Positions 41,493 to 44,835 of a DNA stretch of 44,835 bases are shown piece after piece. Positions within the stretch are counted from its first letter, which is position 1. Every line of letters begins with the position of its first letter. This DNA comes from Parcubacteria group bacterium. GTDB lineage: Bacteria > Patescibacteriota > Minisyncoccia > Phycocordibacterales > DATDWN01. A program made the position numbers and the translations under genes. The stretch is from positions 1 through 44,835 of the forward strand of contig DAORIV010000002.1 of NCBI GenBank assembly GCA_035438705.1, given 5' to 3'. The notes under the pieces were generated by a model. That model ran no database searches, was not told the origin of the DNA, and was given only the letters and a program-made list of their open reading frames with translations.

Positions 41493-44400
41493 TTATTCTA
41501 AAGCTTTTACTTTATCAATGAGTATCGACTTCTCTCCATTTCTTAATGAAAAAGTTCCCTTGATTACAATACAACTTTCAGGGATCAAAATATCTTGAAA
41601 CTCTTCATATACTTTTGGAAAGACTACAGCATCTATAGAATCAGACAAATCCGAGATTTTTAGGAAAATCATTTTTTCACCCTTTTTTGTCATTACAGGT
41701 CTGATGTTTTCAATAATACCACCGAGAACAACCGGTGCTTTTTCTTTACCTTCTTCTTTTATTCTTTTAATATTTTTTTCTCTGCCAGCAAGTTTGTCTT
41801 TAAAAGAATCTAGTGGATGGCCAGAAATATATAATCCAAGAAGCTCTTTTTCCCACATAAGCTTATCTGCAGGGTTAACTGGAGTAGTTTTATCTAGTTC
41901 TATGTCTACAACTTGATTACTAGCTCCCATCATTGAAAAAAGAGAATCTTGATCTGTTTCTTTTGCACGTTCTTCTTTGTTAAAAGTAAGTAGTTTGTCT
42001 AAGTTATATAAAAGTGTGGCTCGGTCACTACCAATAGGGGTGATTGAGTCCATTGCTCCTGTTTTTATTAGAGCTTCCATCGATTTCTTATTAAGATTTT
42101 TATCTTTGATGCGTCGTAGAAAATCCGAAAGTGATTTGAACTCTCCGTTTGCTTTTCTTTCTTCAACGATACTGTGTCCAATTCCTTCTCCAAAGTTTTT
42201 AATTGTTGTAAGTCCAAAACGGATAGTGTCTTGTTCATTAGAATTTTTTCCAACTATTACACCAAACCCTTCAAAAGATTTATTTACATCTGGAGGTAGA
42301 ACAGGTATTCCCATTCTTTTACACTCTCCAATGATGTCAGAAATTCTTTCTACATCTCCGGATTCTGCTGTAAGTACAGCAGACATATATATAGCAGGGT
42401 AGTTAGCTTTCATATACGCTGTTTGATACGCTACTTTTCCATAACTTGCAGCGTGAGCTTTGTTGAAACCGTAACCTTGGAAAGGTTCAAATAGATTCCA
42501 CAGCTCTTCAGCTTTTTTCTCTGTCATTCCTCCGTGTTTTTGGCAACCTTCAACGAACTTTATGTGTTGCTTCGCCATCTCTTCACGAATCTTTTTACCC
42601 ACAGCTTTACGGAACTTGTCTACTTCACCCCAGTTGTATCCTGCAACTTCTATCGCGGTGTAGAGCAAGTCATCTTGGTACACAAGCACTCCGAAAGTTT
42701 TATCCAAGAAGTTTTTCATTTTTGGGTGCATGTATGTAACTGGTTTTTTACCGTGTTTTCTGGCTATGTATTCCTGAATGTTATCCATTGGACCAGGACG
42801 ATATAGCGCCACCATAACATTAATGTCGTGGATTACTGTTGGTTTAAGTTCCATGAGTGCTCTAGTCATACCATCTCCGTTAAGCTGAAATAATCCTTCA
42901 GTTTCTCCACGAGCCAGCATTTCAAAAGTTTTTTTGTCATCTACTGGAACATTTTCTATATCAATTTTAATTCCAAGAATTTTTTCTACTCTTTTAACAG
43001 CATCAGCAAGAATGGACAAGTTTCTTATTCCCAAGAAATCGAATTTTAGTAGTCCAACTCCATCTTCTCCAACAGAACCCATGTCGAATTGTGTGATTAT
43101 TTTATTATCGCCTTTGGTATCGTACTGCAGAGGGGTGTAGTCAGTTAGTGGAGTAGGTGAGATAACAACACCAGCAGCATGCACTGAGATGTGACGAGCA
43201 CAACCCTCAATTTTTCTCGCCATATCAATGATTGTTTTTACATCTTTTTCACTCGTATATAGTTTTTTTAAGTCAGGCTCCTCTTTCAGTGCTCTTTCTA
43301 TTGTCATTGGGAAACCTTGTTGTCCCATGGGTATTAGTTTGGCTATTGTGTCTCCTAGACTGTATGGAAAACCCATAGCACGAGTTACATCGCGAACCGC
43401 ACCGCGCGCTGCCATGGTACCGAATGTACCTATTTGAGCTACTTTATCTATGCCATACTTGCTACGAGCATAGTCAATCATCTCATCGCGACGGTTATCG
43501 GCATAATCCATATCGATATCGGGAGCACTCGGTCTGTCTGGGTTTAGAAATCTTTCAAACGGAAGTAGGTATTCAATAGGGTTTACGTTGGTAATACCAG
43601 CAAGATAGGTAACCAGAGATCCAGCAACTGAACCTCTAATAGTTGTTAGGATTCCATGATCATGAGCATAGTGAAGCAAATCAGACACCACCAAAAAGTA
43701 TGGTGAATATCCTTTGTCGGAAATAACCTTTAGCTCATAATTCATTCTTTCGAGAAGTTCAGGAGTTTTCTCCAGTTTTCTTTTTTCAATACCTTCTTCG
43801 GTAATGCGCCGGAGTTCATCATCATAAGAAAGCCCACTAGGTACCACATAGTTTGGTAGAAACCATTTACCAATAGAAATTTCCAAATTGCATCTATCTG
43901 CAATTTTTTCAGTATTTTCTATGGCCTCAGGTAGGTTCTTAAAATACTTTTCAGCATGCTTTTGGTTGATGAAAGAAAAATCTTCTTCTTTTATTTCTAT
44001 TTTTTCGTCATTTTGTGACTGAACCGCAAGAAGTGTTTGTCTGGCAGTACGATCTTCTTTGTTTAAATAGTAAACATCATGAGCAGCTACAAGTGGAGTA
44101 GAAGTTTTTTTTGCAAACTCTACTATTTTTTTCATATTGTCTTCATGACCTTCCATTTCTGGGTGGTGAGTTACTTCAAAATACAAATTTTCACCATCTT
44201 CAGTTTGAGAAAATGTTTTTTTGTACCACGAAAGTCTTTCCTCGGCTTGTTCAAGGTTTCCAAGTTTTAGTGATTGAAGTATGTCAGAAGAAAAAGATGG
44301 AATTATGGCTATAAGGCCTTCGCTATGTTTTTCTAATAATTCTTTGTCTACACGAGGTTTATAGTAAAAACCTTCCATGTGAGCAAGGGTTACAAGTTTT

Positions 44401-44705
44401 ATTAAGTTTTTATATCCAGCATCATTTTTGGCTAACAATACCAATCGATATCTTTCCTTATCTACGCTTTGTTTATCATTCCGCGATCTATATGCAACAT
44501 ATGCATCTATTCCGATAATAGGTTTAACACCTTTCTTTTTGCAGTACTGATAGAACTCTATGGCTCCATATAGATTTGCATTATCTGTGAGTGCCAAAGC
44601 AGGCATCTCATTTTTAATAGCTTCATCTACAAGCTCGTCTATTTTAGGCAGGGCATTAAGTAAAGAGAAGTGAGAGTGGGTATGTAGGTGGATAAATTTT
44701 GCCAT
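41493..44705 (-). CDS. dnaE: DNA polymerase III alpha subunit
   Basis: PHP N-terminus FIHLHTHSHFSLL, the polymerase core, and a C-terminal OB fold. TATAAT lies 8 nt before the ATG on the minus strand. Confidence 0.97.
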   Translation of the reverse strand: MAKFIHLHTHSHFSLLNALPKIDELVDEAIKNEMPALALTDNANLYGAIEFYQYCKKKGVKPIIGIDAYVAYRSRNDKQSVDKERYRLVLLAKNDAGYKNLIKLVTLAHMEGFYYKPRVDKELLEKHSEGLIAIIPSFSSDILQSLKLGNLEQAEERLSWYKKTFSQTEDGENLYFEVTHHPEMEGHEDNMKKIVEFAKKTSTPLVAAHDVYYLNKEDRTARQTLLAVQSQNDEKIEIKEEDFSFINQKHAEKYFKNLPEAIENTEKIADRCNLEISIGKWFLPNYVVPSGLSYDDELRRITEEGIEKRKLEKTPELLERMNYELKVISDKGYSPYFLVVSDLLHYAHDHGILTTIRGSVAGSLVTYLAGITNVNPIEYLLPFERFLNPDRPSAPDIDMDYADNRRDEMIDYARSKYGIDKVAQIGTFGTMAARGAVRDVTRAMGFPYSLGDTIAKLIPMGQQGFPMTIERALKEEPDLKKLYTSEKDVKTIIDMARKIEGCARHISVHAAGVVISPTPLTDYTPLQYDTKGDNKIITQFDMGSVGEDGVGLLKFDFLGIRNLSILADAVKRVEKILGIKIDIENVPVDDKKTFEMLARGETEGLFQLNGDGMTRALMELKPTVIHDINVMVALYRPGPMDNIQEYIARKHGKKPVTYMHPKMKNFLDKTFGVLVYQDDLLYTAIEVAGYNWGEVDKFRKAVGKKIREEMAKQHIKFVEGCQKHGGMTEKKAEELWNLFEPFQGYGFNKAHAASYGKVAYQTAYMKANYPAIYMSAVLTAESGDVERISDIIGECKRMGIPVLPPDVNKSFEGFGVIVGKNSNEQDTIRFGLTTIKNFGEGIGHSIVEERKANGEFKSLSDFLRRIKDKNLNKKSMEALIKTGAMDSITPIGSDRATLLYNLDKLLTFNKEERAKETDQDSLFSMMGASNQVVDIELDKTTPVNPADKLMWEKELLGLYISGHPLDSFKDKLAGREKNIKRIKEEGKEKAPVVLGGIIENIRPVMTKKGEKMIFLKISDLSDSIDAVVFPKVYEEFQDILIPESCIVIKGTFSLRNGEKSILIDKVKALE

Positions 44706-44768
44706 ATTTAAGGATTATAGCATGGGTGCTTGGTGGTCGTTATATTGAAAAATTGCTAGAGTTATTGC

Positions 44769-44835
44769 ATGAAATTTATAGTTGGTATAGATGAAGTCGG
44801 GCGGGGGCCTCTTGCTGGTCCTGTTACAGTCGGGG
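44769..44835 (+). CDS. rnhB: Ribonuclease HII, N-terminal fragment (continues beyond the window)
   Basis: MKFIVGIDEVGRGPLAGPVTVG matches the RNase HII active-site N-terminus. Confidence 0.8.
   Translation, partial: MKFIVGIDEVGRGPLAGPVTVG

Noticed and set aside
1-44835. CRISPR arrays, tandem repeats, rRNA genes, transposases, integrases and phage genes.
   Set aside because: No regularly spaced direct repeats and no such coding motifs were seen on either strand. The only repeats are the paired structured elements reported above.
1-44835. Alternative genetic code (UGA recoding, as in some CPR lineages).
   Set aside because: All conserved proteins translate full-length under the standard code. 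TGA also serves as a stop where expected, for example at 16656-16658.

Overview
This is a low-GC (by eye about one-third G+C), tightly packed bacterial chromosome segment. Short forms of tsf, prfA, pheS/pheT and thrS, a split transketolase and many membrane-anchored ORFans suggest a reduced-genome, Patescibacteria/CPR-like organism using the standard genetic code. Most content is housekeeping. It includes nrdAB, a sugar-phosphate cluster (gap, rpiB, rpe, split tkt, a PfkB kinase, class II fba, an FAD-linked oxidase), rplY, rpmE, prfA, rpsB-tsf, tRNA-Thr(UGU), pheST, gyrB, thrS, dnaE, the start of rnhB, a cyclophilin, an RRM RNA-binding protein and envelope enzymes. I saw no CRISPR array, rRNA, transposase, integrase or phage genes. 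Five things stand out. (1) There are two gene populations: AT-rich housekeeping genes with no Shine-Dalgarno (SD) and a -10-like box 6-9 nt before the ATG, which looks leaderless, and about ten small GC-richer genes, each with a TTGAC-type promoter and a strong SD and most with their own terminator. The GC-richer set includes a tandem pair of sigma-70 genes. (2) Three families of paired, about 60-150 nt structured intergenic elements sit immediately 3' of + strand genes, with conserved cores and compensatory stem changes. (3) A roughly 220-nt element upstream of rplY is closed by a 29-bp helix and has an inner helix containing three G-U pairs. (4) A promoter-plus-terminator unit (candidate sRNA or attenuator leader) precedes a 60-aa hydrophobic ORF upstream of gyrB. 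(5) There are small membrane ORFs, including a 43-aa one below the ORF-track cutoff and one translationally coupled between the two transketolase halves. All functional calls come from motif recognition by eye; no searches were run.
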